The notes below the pieces were generated by a model that had not been told where the DNA came from, ran no database searches, and worked only from the letters and a program-made list of their open reading frames with translations. A stretch of DNA of 64,000 bases from Octopus vulgaris (taxonomy: Eukaryota). Positions within the stretch are counted from its first letter, which is position 1; each line of letters opens with the position of its first letter. The stretch covers positions 46,128,001 to 46,192,000 of the forward strand of contig OX597834.1 in NCBI GenBank assembly GCA_951406725.2. Direction: 5' to 3'. This document shows, one piece after another, positions 14,659 through 28,239 of this stretch. Both the position numbers and the translations under genes were made by a program.

Positions 14659-14734
14659 GTCTCGGTTTAGCATAATGGTTCAGAGCACCGCAATCCGTAA
14701 TCACGGAGGTGTGAGTTCGAGTCTCATAGCCGGC
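14659..14734 (+). pseudogene. tRNA-like sequence (tRNA pseudogene or solitary SINE head)
   Basis: TAGCATAATGG A-box, T-arm GTGAG-TTCGAGT-CTCAT, CGT at an anticodon-like position and a T-run downstream. The acceptor and anticodon stems pair poorly. Confidence 0.45.
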
Positions 14735-14962
14735 TTCCAACACTTTTTTCTGCAAAATAGGAGCAGCTTATCCTGTTCAGGCTATATTATTAGCATTATC
14801 CTACGTTTGAGGATTTAAAATCACTTCTTTGACTTTCTAAGACATCTCAACGCTTCTAAAGCAAACTTCGTTTGTTTGTTTACATTCATCGTAATTTGAA
14901 TTTAATATATATATACATGTGTATGTATATATTTAATAATGTCTGTGTGTGCACGTATATAA

Positions 14963-15250
14963 AGTTCCCTTCCGAGGCACAAGTCCGGGCAACGATGCTT
15001 ATGGAAGACCAGCTGTCACCCATGCATACCAGACTCCCCTCTCCACACCACGGATGTTACCCAAGGGAAAAGAAAGGGCCGATACAGCTTGGCACCAGTG
15101 ACGTTGCAACTCATTTCTATAGCTGAGTAAACTGGAGTAACTTGAAATAAAGTGTCTTGCTCAAGAGCAAAACACGCAGGTTGGTCCAGGATTCGAACTT
15201 ACAACCTCATGGTCGCAAGTTCGACGCCCTAACCACTGAGACATGCGCCT
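14963..15250 (-). mobile_element. SINE family C
   Basis: Collinear with 51450-51722. Confidence 0.85.
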
Positions 15251-15253
15251 TCA

Positions 15254-15440
<187 letters not shown>

Positions 15441-15872
15441 CTATTCTTTCTTTTACTTGTTTCAGTCATTTGAATGCGGCCATGCTGGAGCACCGTCACC
15501 TTAAAATGTTTTAGTCGAACAAATCGACTCCAGGACTTATCCTTTGTAATCCTAGTTACGGGGACGTAAGCACAACAATATCGGTTGTCAAGCGATGGCG
15601 TGGGGGACAAACACCGACACAAATACGCACACGTAAATACACACACACACACACACACACGTAAATACATACACACACACACATTCTCCCTCTCTCCCTC
15701 TTACACACGCTTATATATATTTATACGACGGGTTTCTTTCAGTTTCGGTCTGCCAAATCCACTGACGAGGGTTTGGTTGGCCGGGGCTATAGTAGAAGAC
15801 ACTTGCCGAAGGCGCCCCGCAGTGGGACTGAACCTGGAACCATATGGTTAGGAAGCAAGCTTCTTGCCACAC
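15441..15872 (-). mobile_element. SINE family B
   Basis: Collinear with 21298-21733, with an internal deletion. Confidence 0.85.
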
Positions 15873-15969
15873 ATGCATTTATATATAAATACCTGCATAT
15901 ATGTATATATATATATATATATTTGCATGTATATATACATACATGTTTAAATGGGTGTGGTGGATGAGA

Positions 15970-17770
15970 GAGAGAATGCGATATTTTATTGGTTACCAAA
16001 GATGTAAAGATTCAGATGAAAAACTTTTCTCACAAATACACAAGGAAAACTTAAGAACATTTTAAGCTTAGCTCCTTCCCGTTCGATGTAAAGAGAAACG
16101 TACGAAAAATCATCCAACAATTTTAAGGCATATTTCCAAGAGATTGAACAAACTTTTAAATCTCTAAACATATCCATATTACTTGACATAAAAATATTTG
16201 TAGGAAATTGATAGTCTTACAAATATTGGCACCTCTTTAATAATATTACAAATAGCTACAAGAAAAGCACCTCTGGCACTGATCCTGCTATTAATTTTGA
16301 GACCAAAGAAATAGCTATCAGCATAAAAAACATTATAAAAAGTATATATTTTAGCACTCGCTGAACCATACATCACATTGAAAGATCATAAAGACAGTTT
16401 TCTTGCCAACTCCAGATATAGATTAATAGATCCGGGGAAGAACTTCAGATGGCCAAGGTCAGGAAAATATATTCTAAATTCCATTAGTTTTAATGTCAAA
16501 CGATCTCTTCCTTCCCGATATTGAATAACATTTTATCTATTAACAAGTGGTTCAATAGTAGAAATAAAACACATCTTTGTAAATATATGCAGTTCGATAC
16601 ATTAGTATTCGATCCGTCTTTATCTTTAAATGCTTTACAATAAGTTAGAGAATTTTGTCCAGAGTAGTGAATTGAATATTATTTGTTCATTAGAACATCG
16701 TTACTGTTTTACGATAATTTCTCCCTATAAAGCGAAATGGCCAATAATTGTTTGATGTAGTCATGAGCTCTTAAGATACAGCTATGCTTTATGAATTGAG
16801 TCGTATATCTTGGAGGAACTTAGAAGAAATTCCTCTCCACAGATTTCGGTATTTACAATGATGATGGACTACACATTTTCCGAAGCACGACTGACCACGT
16901 AATAGATGTTGTTAGGAAGATGTTCATTAAGAAACTTCAGGCGTTACATGTTTAAATCATACTAGATACGAATCTTGGAATAGTTAGTGGCTTAGATGCA
17001 ACAGTTAAATTACTTACTAATAAATATTGCCTTTATGTAAACCTAACGAGAATTTGTAGGCCGCAAAGATCAGTAAAAATTAATATCATTACCAAACGCA
17101 TGTTTACCTTATCCTATGACGCAGAATTCTTTTAACCATGATGCTCATTATCACAACGGCATATGAAGGTCACAGTTTTCAAAGTTAGGATACATTGCCA
17201 ATGGAATAACTCTAATTTGTGCAAAGGCAAATGCTGAACTGATAATAATACATTGTATAATCCTGTTTCTAGTTAAAATTACTGTTGCAGCGTTGTTACT
17301 GTTTTCCTAAACTCTTGAAATAAGCATTTGTCAGTAAGTCGCAGAGATGAGATATTCAAAATATCTAAAGTAAGCTGCAAAACTTTTCCACTTCCATATC
17401 CAATACAAACAAGTGAAATCTTTCTCGTAACAGAACTCATATTTCTTTCCATCAAATTAAACGTAACAATACCAATATATGTTCTCTGAACGGGATTTGT
17501 TCTTTTAAACGCCAAACGTACATATTTAGACACTGAGGCAGGAACATGATCACATCTCTACATAAACATATCTAAGTTTTCAAAGATGATAATATTAACA
17601 ATTTTAAAATTAATTGAGCCATTATGGAACATGTCCACCCCAACACTGAGGGTTCCAGAAACGGGTTGTCTCTGTCTTTGGATTAGTAAGCAGTGTGTTA
17701 CGAGATGCTGAAATTTCGACCCAGATCGGAATCGGTAAATTCTGTCAGACGCTTCTAATCATTAAGGAAT
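15970..17770 (+). mobile_element. Decayed Penelope-like retroelement ORF (RT plus C-terminal region), Naiad/Chlamys-type
   Basis: Frameshifted, stop-riddled but collinear motifs: NNITNSYKK...INFETKEIA; PYITLKDHKDSFLANSRYRLIDP (from 16366); KWFN..YMQFDTLVFDPSLS (about 16545-16625); FDVVMSS*DTAMLYEL; FGIYNDDGL (YNDD at 16854); NLGIVSGLDATVKL; LYNPVS; terminal FKIN*AI..GSR segment. These match the ITLKDHK/RLINP, FDI.FYPS, FDVTMGSYDGAE.CEL and GLYRDDGL signatures of this clade. Confidence 0.85.
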
Positions 17771-18217
17771 TTTCAACTGACAATTGTGTAACATATATTG
17801 TTATATTTTATTATCATTTTTTACATGAAGAGTTTTCTATACACTGAATGATAATCATATATAAATAAGGTCTGTATTTATTTCACCCTAAAACTTCATT
17901 CGCAATCTTCTTGGCGAAGTTTGCCTTATTTGTATGACATTTATATAACATGAAGATATCACATGATTTCACTTATTAATATATGATAATGTGATGTGTT
18001 TTGCGCATGACAGGTGTATAGATGTATGTGTGACAGGTCTTCTAACGTTAGCACGCAAATGGTAGGTGCTATTTACGGATCCTGTTTGCATGAGTTCGAA
18101 TACCATTGCATATTTTTGGTTAAAATACTTTTCACCTTCAATCGTTTGAATAAGCCGTAGCGTTAAACTAAAAGACACACGTGTATATAGGTATCTATTT
18201 ATGTGTGTATATATAGG

Positions 18218-18251
<34 letters not shown>

Positions 18252-18387
18252 TGATGGACAGACAGATAGACAGACAGTTAGATAGATACATACATACTTA
18301 CATATATACATGCACACATATATACACACATATATATACATACATAGAATCATAAATGCGCCGAAGCATACATGCATACGCAGACAC

Positions 18388-18470
<83 letters not shown>

Positions 18471-18674
18471 AAAATGGTGGTTCATAGGTATATACGTACC
18501 TGGTTATGTATATACGCAAAAGAGAAATACTCTTGAATATGAATGGGTTTATTCATTTGGGAATAATTTCTAGAGAAGCAAGCTTCAGATGCGCGCGCAC
18601 AAACACACACACACACAGATACACACATGCATTCACAACTAGACACAAATGCACATGTCTACACTCTCATGCAT

Positions 18675-18716
<42 letters not shown>

Positions 18717-18847
18717 TGTAATACTAGTTGAGGTGATTATAAGCCAAAATTCAATATGATTTAAAAAGTAACGCTACAACCTTCAACTGAATGGCAACGC
18801 AGGAAGCTTGTTTGAATTATTTCACTTTGGAAACGTCGTAAGTGATG

Positions 18848-18932
18848 GACCCTCGATGAAACTGCAGCAACTAGGATACATAATTGCATACAGAGCAATG
18901 TGCAGTCGGTGCAGTAGAAACATATGTCGGTC
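18848..18932 (+). ncRNA. Degenerate or variant type I hammerhead motif
   Basis: GACC-CTCGATGA-A-ACTGCA...TGCAGT-A-GAAA-CATATG-TC-GGTC: stems I and II pair, palindromic stem III, GUC at 18926-18928. There is one extra C in the core. Confidence 0.65.
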
Positions 18933-19055
18933 ATTGTTAAATATGCCGTAGAAAACTTTGGATGTGAATAAACCTCTACTCTCCTCCTCGTTTTCAATAT
19001 TATATGTGTGTGTGTGTGTATGTGTGTATTTATTGTATGTATATGTATATGTATA

Positions 19056-19112
<57 letters not shown>

Positions 19113-21297
19113 AATGTGTATAGATACATCTGTACCAATATAAATGCTTGCACACGCACACACCCGGACAAATAGATGAGTATAGATATACTAATGCATA
19201 TCTATGCATATATACGTATATGCATGTATGCAACCCTGCACACAAGCACACGCCCAGAAATCACACGGACACACATACTCATATACATGCACATACATAT
19301 CAGCAAATATGTGTTTATATATATATATATATGCGTGTGTGTGGGTATGTATCTGCATATGTGTGTATCTGTATGTGTGTGTGCGTGCGCGGTTATGCAT
19401 CTGCATATGTGTGTATCTGCGTGCGTGCGTGTGTGTGTGTGTGTGTGTGTTGTCGTGGCTATTACAAAGTTCTGTGCCATTCATAGCTTAGTAGTCGTAT
19501 CATGAGAGATGAAACAGTCAGTTACTCACTACACACACACCAAACACGCACTCACATATACATAAAGATACACACAGATGCATTCATACATAATCAGACA
19601 CACACACCACACACACACACTCACGCACGCAGAAATATGCATACACACTCCCGCGCACACACACACACACATATACACGCAGACATAGTATCATGGATAC
19701 ACACACTTTTGGTAAATTTTGGAATTTTTTTTTTCCTTTTTTACTAAATTTTCTTTCATTTTCTTTTCACGACGCAAAAATTTCGCAAAAATAATTTCGC
19801 AACGAAGAATTGTAAAGAACTGCAACGAAACATCGGTGGAGGAGTGAGAGTGGCGGGATGAGTTTTGGATAGGAGGATCTTGGAGAACAGTAGTTCTGGT
19901 GGTGGTGGCGGTGGTGGTAATAGTAATAGTAGTAGAGATGGTGGTGGTTGTAGTAGTAGTAGTAGTAGCGGAAATATAAGTATTGGTGATATAGTTATAG
20001 TAGCGCTGGTATGATGGTTGTAGTAGAGGTAGTCAATGTAGTAGTGGTAGTAGTAGTAGTAGTAGTAGTAGTAGCAATTGTAGTGGTGGTGGTAGTAGAA
20101 AAGTGGTGGTGGTGGTTGTCGTCGTCATCGTGTTTAATTTTTGAATTTTTTTTTATGTTGATGACTGCGATGACGACAGGAAGGAGAGGATGTCAGTGGC
20201 GTCGGGGATGATGACAGCGGTGGTGGTGCTGCTGGTGTTAGTGGTGGTGATGGTTGTTGTTGTGGTGGTGATGGTTGTGCTAGTGACAGGTGGTTATGCG
20301 GTCTTAATTATGGTGTTAACGACTACGACGACGACGACGACGACGTCTGCGCTAGTGAAGGTGGTGGCGTTAGTGTAGGTGGTGATGATGACGCTAACTA
20401 TGATAATGATGACGACGACAATTACAACGACGGTGAGGACTATGACAAGGAGATGACGCTAACGAATGATGTTGTTGGAAGCTGTGGTGGTGATGATGAT
20501 GATGGTCATGATATTGATCATGATCATTACGACGACGATGACGACGGTGGTGGTGGTGGCGGCGGTGTTGTTGTTGTTGTTGTTGGTGGTGTGGTGGTGG
20601 TGGTGGTGGTGGTGTATGTGATGGTGATGGTGTATGTGGTGATGGTGGTGGTGGTTCTGACGATGATGACGATAATGGTGATGGCAATGATGATGACGAT
20701 GAAGGTGGTGATGACAATCACGACTACGATGATGATGACGATGGTAATGACGATGATGATGGTGATAATGATCATGATGATGGTGGTGTTGATAGCTTCA
20801 AAGAGAAGCCAAATTATTGAAATGTTAGCCTTCATATATATATGATAGCGTAACTTTAGGTCGAAAACGTTTTAGCAGCACAATTACGTTGTGACTTCGA
20901 AGTAAGTTGCATCGACAACAAACCTCCAAGAAATGTGGCAACCACGATATTTGCAGCAACAAGAAAAACTTCAGTAATTTTTACGGCAACAAGTTGAAAT
21001 CTGTGACGTTTTGAACGACAACAACTGATGCACTTGGCAACAAAAACTGCAATAACTTATGCAGTAACGAGAAAACCCTGGAACGGTATAAACTATTGTA
21101 GCATGTGCTCCAGCAACGAAATCATTGCATCAACAATTGCACCAACAGGAAATGTCTGTAACTTATATAAACGACAAGTGTACCAATAATAAAAACTGGC
21201 AAACAGTGTACAAATGGGAAAGTGTGTAACGGTGTAAAACGAAAGAATCCGCAGAGAAATGCACCCAGGAAAAGAGTTTGGAACTTCTTAAACCAGA

Positions 21298-21733
21298 CTC
21301 TTTTACTTGCTTGCTTCAGTCATTTGACTGTGGCCATGTTGGAGCACAGCCTGTAGTCGAGCAAATCGACCCCCAGGACTTATTCTTTGTAAGCTTAGTA
21401 CTTATTCTATCGGTCTCTTAGGGCCGAGCCGCTAAGTTACGGGGACGTAAACACACCAACATCGGTTGTCAAGTGATGTTGGTGAGGACAAACACAAACA
21501 TATACATATACATACATATATACATATATATATATACATACATATACATACATATATATATATACATATATACGACGGGCTTCTTCCAGTTTCCGTCTAC
21601 CAAATCCACTCACAAGGCTTTGGTCGGCCCAAGGCTATAGTAGAAGACACTTGCCCAAGGTACCACGCAGTGGGAATGAACCCGGAACCATGTAGTTGGT
21701 AAGCAAGCTACTTACCACACAGCCACTCCTGCG
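21298..21733 (-). mobile_element. tRNA-derived SINE family B (CORE-like box, internal microsatellite), near full length
   Basis: Minus head GCGCAGGAGTGGCTGTGTGGTAAGTAGC...GGTTCATTCCC, then CCTTGGGCAAGTG, internal TA/CA repeat, and tail ...CAGTCAAATGACTGAA. Confidence 0.9.
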
Positions 21734-21929
21734 CTCAACAGAGGTGCAGCAATAACAATAACTGCAACAGTTGTAGCAGCAAGAACAAACTTTGCAGCAA
21801 GTTTCACAGCAAAAGCAGCAATATCGCCGCAATTTGCAAAAGTAGACATTTTGTAGGAATAACAGGTGAAGCGTTGATATTAACTCAAGACTCCTGCAAT
21901 AATTGCAGTATGAACGGCAGTTTTATGGG

Positions 21930-22340
21930 GACGGTGTACGTCGGTTACATCGACAGCTGTACTTAACTAGTATTTTATTTTGTTGACCATGAAACGATGA
22001 AGGGCAAAGGCGACCTCGGTGGAATTTGAACTCAGAAAAAAACAGAGATATGAAAGAAATGCCGCTAATCATTTTGTACGAAGTCCTAGCGTTTCTGTCA
22101 GTTCACAACCTAAATAGCAATGATTGTTTACCCTATAGGTACCAGACCTGGTATTTTGTGGGGAGAGCCTTGTCGATTACGTCGACCCCAGTCCCTTAAC
22201 TGGTATTTATTTTATCGAGCCTAAAAAGATCAAAAACGAATTCAAACTTGGTAGCGTTTGAACTCAGAAGGTAAATAAAGCAGGAAAAAAATACCGCTAA
22301 GTATTTTGTCCGTCGCGCTGACGTTTCTGCCAGCTTACTG
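21930..22340 (-). mobile_element. Two diverged family A SINE copies
   Basis: GGCAAAGGCGACCTCGGTGGAATTTGAACTCAG and GTCGATTACGTCGACCCCAGT motifs. Confidence 0.75.
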
Positions 22341-23972
22341 TCTTATTTACAGCAACAATAAAAGGGACAACAAATGCTGCTGCAACAAGAAAACAATTGC
22401 AATAACTGTTGCAGGAGACGCAAAACAGAAACTATTACTGTAGTGGGGGAAATGCATTAACAGATGCAAGAACAACATAAATTACAATAACTGGAATTCT
22501 GTAAAAATTGTTACAAAGGAACAAAGAAAGCAAAACGACCAATGATAAAACACTACAAACTACTATCATCGATGCAGGAATAATAAAGCGCAACAACTTT
22601 TGCGACAATCTTAAAGAATGCAATTTTTGTTGCAAAAGTAACAACTGTTTTGCAACAAAAACTGCAATGATTTTGCAGGGACATCAATGCTAAGAACAGT
22701 TACTGAAATAGCAAAAACTGCAATAAATGGCGTAAGAACAACAAAAGTTAACTTTTGCTGTATAGTGGTAAAAACTGCAATACATGTTGCAGGAACAATG
22801 ATTTATGTTGCAACAAGCGCTGCAATGATTGTTGCAGAGTCAGCAACGCCCAACTGTTCCAACGAAGTGGTAAAAACTGCAGTAAGCATTGCAAGTACAA
22901 CACCTGTTCTACAAAAGCAAAAACTGCAATAATTGTTGGAGAGAAAAGAAGCGCAGTTGTGAAAGGAGAATAAAACTGCAATAAAACTGTCAGAGGAAAC
23001 AAGGAAAACGACAACTTTTTTCTACAACAAAACTGCAATAACTGTTCTAGAAATATTAAAACTGCATTAAAAGCTCCAACAACAGAAATACCTAACGATA
23101 AAAAAACTGCAAGAACTATTGTGCAGCAAAGCCCTAAGTGCTGCAACAACAACAACAACAAGAACAACAAACATTGACAGAAATGTTTCAGCCACAACTG
23201 TTGCATCGAGAGTTATGATTGCAAAAACTGTTGCTGCTGCAATGATTGCTGCAACGACAGACATGGAAATAACTGTTGCAGTTAGAACAAACTCCACTAC
23301 AACCCATGCGTCGATAATAATAACAGCAGCAGAATTCAGAAGAACAGCTGCAGCAGCGAAATCGACTGAGAAACAGCAGCAAAAATGAAATGCAACAACA
23401 GCAACAAAATTAAATGCAGCAAAAACTGCAACGAAACTAAGTTCATTAAATGCTAACAACTATAGTAGAAAGATAACTGCAACATCAGCATCAAAACCGA
23501 CCACGAGACAACAGCGAAAATGACTTTAACAACAGCAACAACACTAACTGCGACCGCAGCAGCGATGCAAATGACAAGAGTAAAATTAATTGCAACAACA
23601 ACAGCAGCGAAAAAAGAAGAAAAAATCTGCTGCAACTCTGGCGATGATGCTAACATCAACATCTACTGCTAAACTGCAACAAGAGCGACAGCAGCAGCAA
23701 AATTAAGTACAACAGCAGCATCAAAACTAACTGCAAGGATACTAGCAACACTAACAACAGCAGCAGGAAAATTAGCTGCAACTACAGCAGCGATTCTAAC
23801 AAAAACAACAACAGCAGCATTGAAACTGGCGGCAAAAGGGCTAATGATGCTAACTAGTACATCAGCAACCACATCAGCAGCAGCAGCAAAAGTAACTGCA
23901 ACAATAGCGGCAAGATTAAACTACAAATACAGCAGCATGACTCGCTGCAGCAGCAGCAGCAGCAGCAGCAGC

Positions 23973-24257
23973 GAAAAGATACCACAGTTGTAAAAAGATA
24001 CCACAGCAGCAAAAAGATACCGCAGCAGGGAAAAGATACGACAGCAGCAAAAAGATTCCACAGCAGCAAAAAGTTACCACAGCAGCAAAAAGATACTACA
24101 GCAGGGAAAAGATACTACAGCAACAAAAAGATACTACAGCAGCAAAAAAATGCCACAGCAGCAAAAAGATACCACAGCAGCAAAAAGATACCACAGCAGC
24201 AAAAACATACTACAGCAGGGAAAAGATGCCACAGCAGCAGAAAGATATCTCAGCAAC
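23973..24257 (+). repeat. 19-bp minisatellite, 15 copies
   Basis: Consensus AAAAAGATACCACAGCAGC. Confidence 0.95.
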
Positions 24258-24888
24258 AAATCTGACAGCAGCAGCATTAGTAAGCATATTTAGAGGAGTG
24301 TACAGCTACAATAACAACAACTTAATAGTAACTCGATTGCCACTGTTGTAGTTGCTAAAGACGCCGCTGCTGCTGCTGCTGCTGTTGATACTTAAGCTGT
24401 TGATGGTAATATAGTTGCTGCTGATGATGATGATGATGATGTAGTTGTTGTTGATACAGTGTTTTCGATTCTTAATCTTTTATTTGTTATGTTTTGAATT
24501 CTTTCAGTCATTGGACTACGGCCACATTGGCGGGGGAGGGGCATGTACCACCTTGAAGCGTTTAAATACGTCATAAATCCTTAACGTTCCTCATGCTATG
24601 TATCCTATGATACCCCCGGCGAAATAAGCGAAATTCAGCTGCTATTTCTAGGAGGCCATGTGACCTCATAAAAGCTCACTTACTGGTTCGTTGTTGGTGT
24701 TCACATAAAATCTAGTTGTTAATGTAGCAGCAAACGCAGGCACGGCTGTGTGGTTAAGAAGCTAGCTTTGCATCCACGTGGTTTCTGGTTCAATCCCACT
24801 AAGCGGCACCTACAATACGCTCAGCCGACCACCGCCTTCTGAATGGATTTCATAGACAAAAACTGTCTAGCAGTCAGTGGTGTATGTA

Positions 24889-24927
<39 letters not shown>

Positions 24928-25369
24928 ACATAAACACACTCACACACACACACTCACATGTATGTATGTATGTATGTGTGTGTGCATGAGTGTGTGCGCG
25001 TATATATGTGTGTGTGTGAGCGTGTGTATATGTACGGATATGTGCATATGTGTATGTATGTATGTATGTATGTAAGTATGTATGTGTGTATGTTTGCGCG
25101 CGCGTGTGCGCGTGTATATATGTGTATGTGTGTGTGTGTGTATGTATGCATATGTGCGTATGTGTATGCATGCGTTTATGCATGTATGTTTGTATGTATG
25201 TATCTATGCATGTATTTGTTTTTGTCTTTGTCTCCCACTGCTGTCGGGAATCGAACTCACGACCTCTCGATCGCGGGCCATGTGTCCTCACTCTAGTAGG
25301 ATTGAATTAGAACTAAACGATAGAAAACTAAACCAACAAGAATTGTAAAAACAACAACAGCAATTTAGG

Positions 25370-25760
25370 TTTCAAATTTTGGCACAAGGCCTGCAGTCTC
25401 AGGGGAGAAGAATAGTCGATTACATCGATACCTAAGGCTCAACTATTGCTTATTTTATCGACCCCAAACTGATGAAAGTGATGTGGATCTCGGCAGCATT
25501 TGAACTCAGAACGTAGAGACAGACCAAATGCCGCTAACTATTTTCTCTTCTACTCTTGGCACAAGGCCCGAAATTTTGGGGGACGAAGCCTGTCGATTAC
25601 ATCGACCCCGGTACGCAACTGGTACTTAATTCATTAACCCCGAGGAGATGAAAGGCAAAGTCGACCTCGGCGGAATTTGAACTCAGAACGTAAAGACGAA
25701 CGAAATACGGCTAAGCATTTTGCCCGACGTGCTAACGCCACTGCCAGCTTGCTGCCTTAC
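25370..25760 (-). mobile_element. Tandem family A SINE copies
   Basis: Two consecutive central domains; head at about 25757. Confidence 0.85.
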
Positions 25761-26189
25761 CAACTACAGCAATATCAGCTGGACTAGTACAGGAAAATGA
25801 AAAACGGCAGCAAAGACACCAATAACAACAGCACCAGCATCAACAACAGCAATTGCTGCTGGTCCTCTTCTTCTTCCTCTTCGTCTTCTTCCAATCAGGA
25901 CTCACGCCATTAGCCACAAAGAATAATCTCTAATTCGAACCTACTCTAAGCTACTAAGAATGCGTGTGGCAACTTGAAGATGCACCCACCACACGCGACA
26001 GACTGGTGGTTGCACGGGCGCGAAAGCTACGTTGTTATCCTCATTCCGTAAACAGTGACTTTTAACGAGTGGAGAGCTTAACCATCCTGGGGTACAGAGG
26101 ATTCGCAAGCTAGACTAGCTTTCGAAATTTTACTACACCATAGTGGGTTACATCATGGTACCTCTGCCTTGTGGCAGAAGTAGAAAGAA

Positions 26190-26365
26190 AGAGTGTGAGA
26201 AAGTCGTGGTGAAAGAGTACAGCAGGGTTCACCACCCCAGCCGGAGCCTCGTGGAGCTTAAGTGTTTTTGCTCAATAAACACTCACAATGCCCAGTCTGG
26301 GAATCGAAACCGCGTTCTTAGGACCGCGAGTCCGCTGCCCTAACCACTGGGTCCTTGCGCCCCCA
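26190..26365 (-). mobile_element. tRNA-derived SINE (further family)
   Basis: Minus head CCCAGTGGTTAGGGCAGCGGACTCGCGGTC...GGTTTCGATTCCC. Confidence 0.65.
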
Positions 26366-26374
26366 CAGCTGCAA

Positions 26375-26550
26375 CGCCGGAATGCTTAGCGGTATTTCGT
26401 TTTTCTTTGCGTTCTGAGTTCAAATTCTGCCGATGTCGACTTTGCTTTTCATCCTTCGGTGTCGACACATTAAGTACCAGTTCTGTACTAGGGTCGACCA
26501 AATCGACTGGCACCCTCCCACCAAATTTCGGGTCATTTGCCTCGAGTAGA
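26375..26550 (+). mobile_element. Family A SINE, 5'-truncated
   Basis: GTTCTGAGTTCAAATTCTGCCGATGTCGACTTTGCTTTTCATCC. Confidence 0.75.
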
Positions 26551-27329
26551 AAAGATCTGCTTGAAATAACAGCCAAACTTTCATCCATTTATACGCTACA
26601 ATCTTAAAAGCATGAGGGGTGCGGTAGAAAAACTGCTTCTACAAAGTTACGCCTGGTCTCAATTGGTCACGGTTTGTCCATCTCAATCATATCACTTCTA
26701 GATCATAGTTAGCTCAAGCTCAGTTCTGATCCAGTAAATATATAATTAAAGGTGTACCAGCCATGACTATCCCGTCATATATTAAGAAGAGCGTCGGAGA
26801 GAACGCCTGGCTTCATTTCTTGTGGCCCTTTTCGTTCTGAGTTCAAATCGAGGTGGAGTCAGATTTTGTTTTTCATTCTTCCGGGATTGAATTCATAAAG
26901 CAATCGCTTGATGGCACTGGTTTGGCAAAACTGGGAGAGCACTTGCTGTGATCTCATGTGGCGGGGTATCTGTTCCAGGTTCCTGTTGGTTGGGGTTCCG
27001 AGTTCAAATCATGCTAAGAGCCATGATGACTCACATGACCACGTGACAACAATTGATTAAGAAAGAAATAATGGTGGTAGCGAGGTAAGGGCCGTGATTG
27101 TCCGCTATAGTATTTGAGACAGGATGATGAGGAGGAGGAGGAGGAGGAGGAGGAAAGCAGGAAGGGGACGAGAGGGACGAGGAGGAGGAGAAAGAGGAGA
27201 AGGAAAAGGGTGGTGGCGGTTATGTTGATGATGAGTATGATGGTGGTGATGATGATGGTGAAAATGACGGTGTGACGCCAAATACGACGGTGATGTTTAC
27301 AATAGTGGTAGTGCTTGTGGTTGTAGAGT

Positions 27330-27635
27330 GGTGAAGGTGATGATGGTGGTGGTGGTGATGGTGGTGGTAATGATGATGATGGTGATGATGGTGGTGGTGG
27401 TGATGGTGGTGGTGGTGATGGTGGTGGTGGTGATGGTGGTGGTGGTGGTGGTGGTGGTGGTGGTAATGATGATGATGGTGATGATGGTGGTGGTGGTGAT
27501 GATGGTGGTGGTGGTGATGGTGGTGGTGGTGGTGATGGTGGTCGTGGTGGTCGTGGGGATAGCCATAACGGTAGTGATGATGATGACGACGACGACGATG
27601 ATAATGATGGTGATGATGGTGGTGATGATGATGAT
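27330..27635 (+). repeat. (GTG/ATG)n compound array (similar at 9240-9630 and 20000-20790)
   Basis: Direct inspection; it explains the poly-His, poly-Val and poly-Thr ORFs. Confidence 0.95.
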
Positions 27636-28239
27636 CCGCAATAAGATGACCAACAACAGCTGTAAATATAACAATAGCAACAACACTGAAAGCAAAAAAA
27701 AAGAAATTATGAACCATGACACCAATATTGATAACAACAACTACAAAACAACTGAAACGTTAGCAACAGTGTTATCAACATCGGTGGCCAAAACCAACAC
27801 TCTTCGAAGACAACCAGAATAACAATAGCAACGAAACGTGTGCAATAACAACAGAAACACCATTAACGGCCAGAGTAACAATAGCAACAACGATAGCAAC
27901 GACAACGCGATAAACTGAAGCAGCAACGGTGAAGTCACTGCACCATACACAACACTCGCAACAACACTATAAACTGCGGTGAGTATAGCAACAACAATAG
28001 TAATATCAATTGCAACAATAGCAACAGCGCGCAAATTATAGCAAATAACAGTAAGAAAGATAGCAACACTATTAACAACAGAAATAGGTTCAACGACACC
28101 AGAGTAACACAAACAACTAAAATAGCCACACAAAAATATAATGACCACTGCAACATGAATAGCAACAATTGTAATCACAATAACGTTAACAGGCGCGCAA
28201 GCGAGAGGGAGCACGCCCTCCCCATGTGGTAGTATTACT

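Noticed and set aside
21690-21735. SINE heads as functional tRNA genes
   Set aside because: A and B boxes are present but cloverleaves are incomplete and each continues into a SINE body.
23973-24257. Regular short repeats as a CRISPR array
   Set aside because: Contiguous 19-bp units with no spacers, eukaryotic context and no cas genes.
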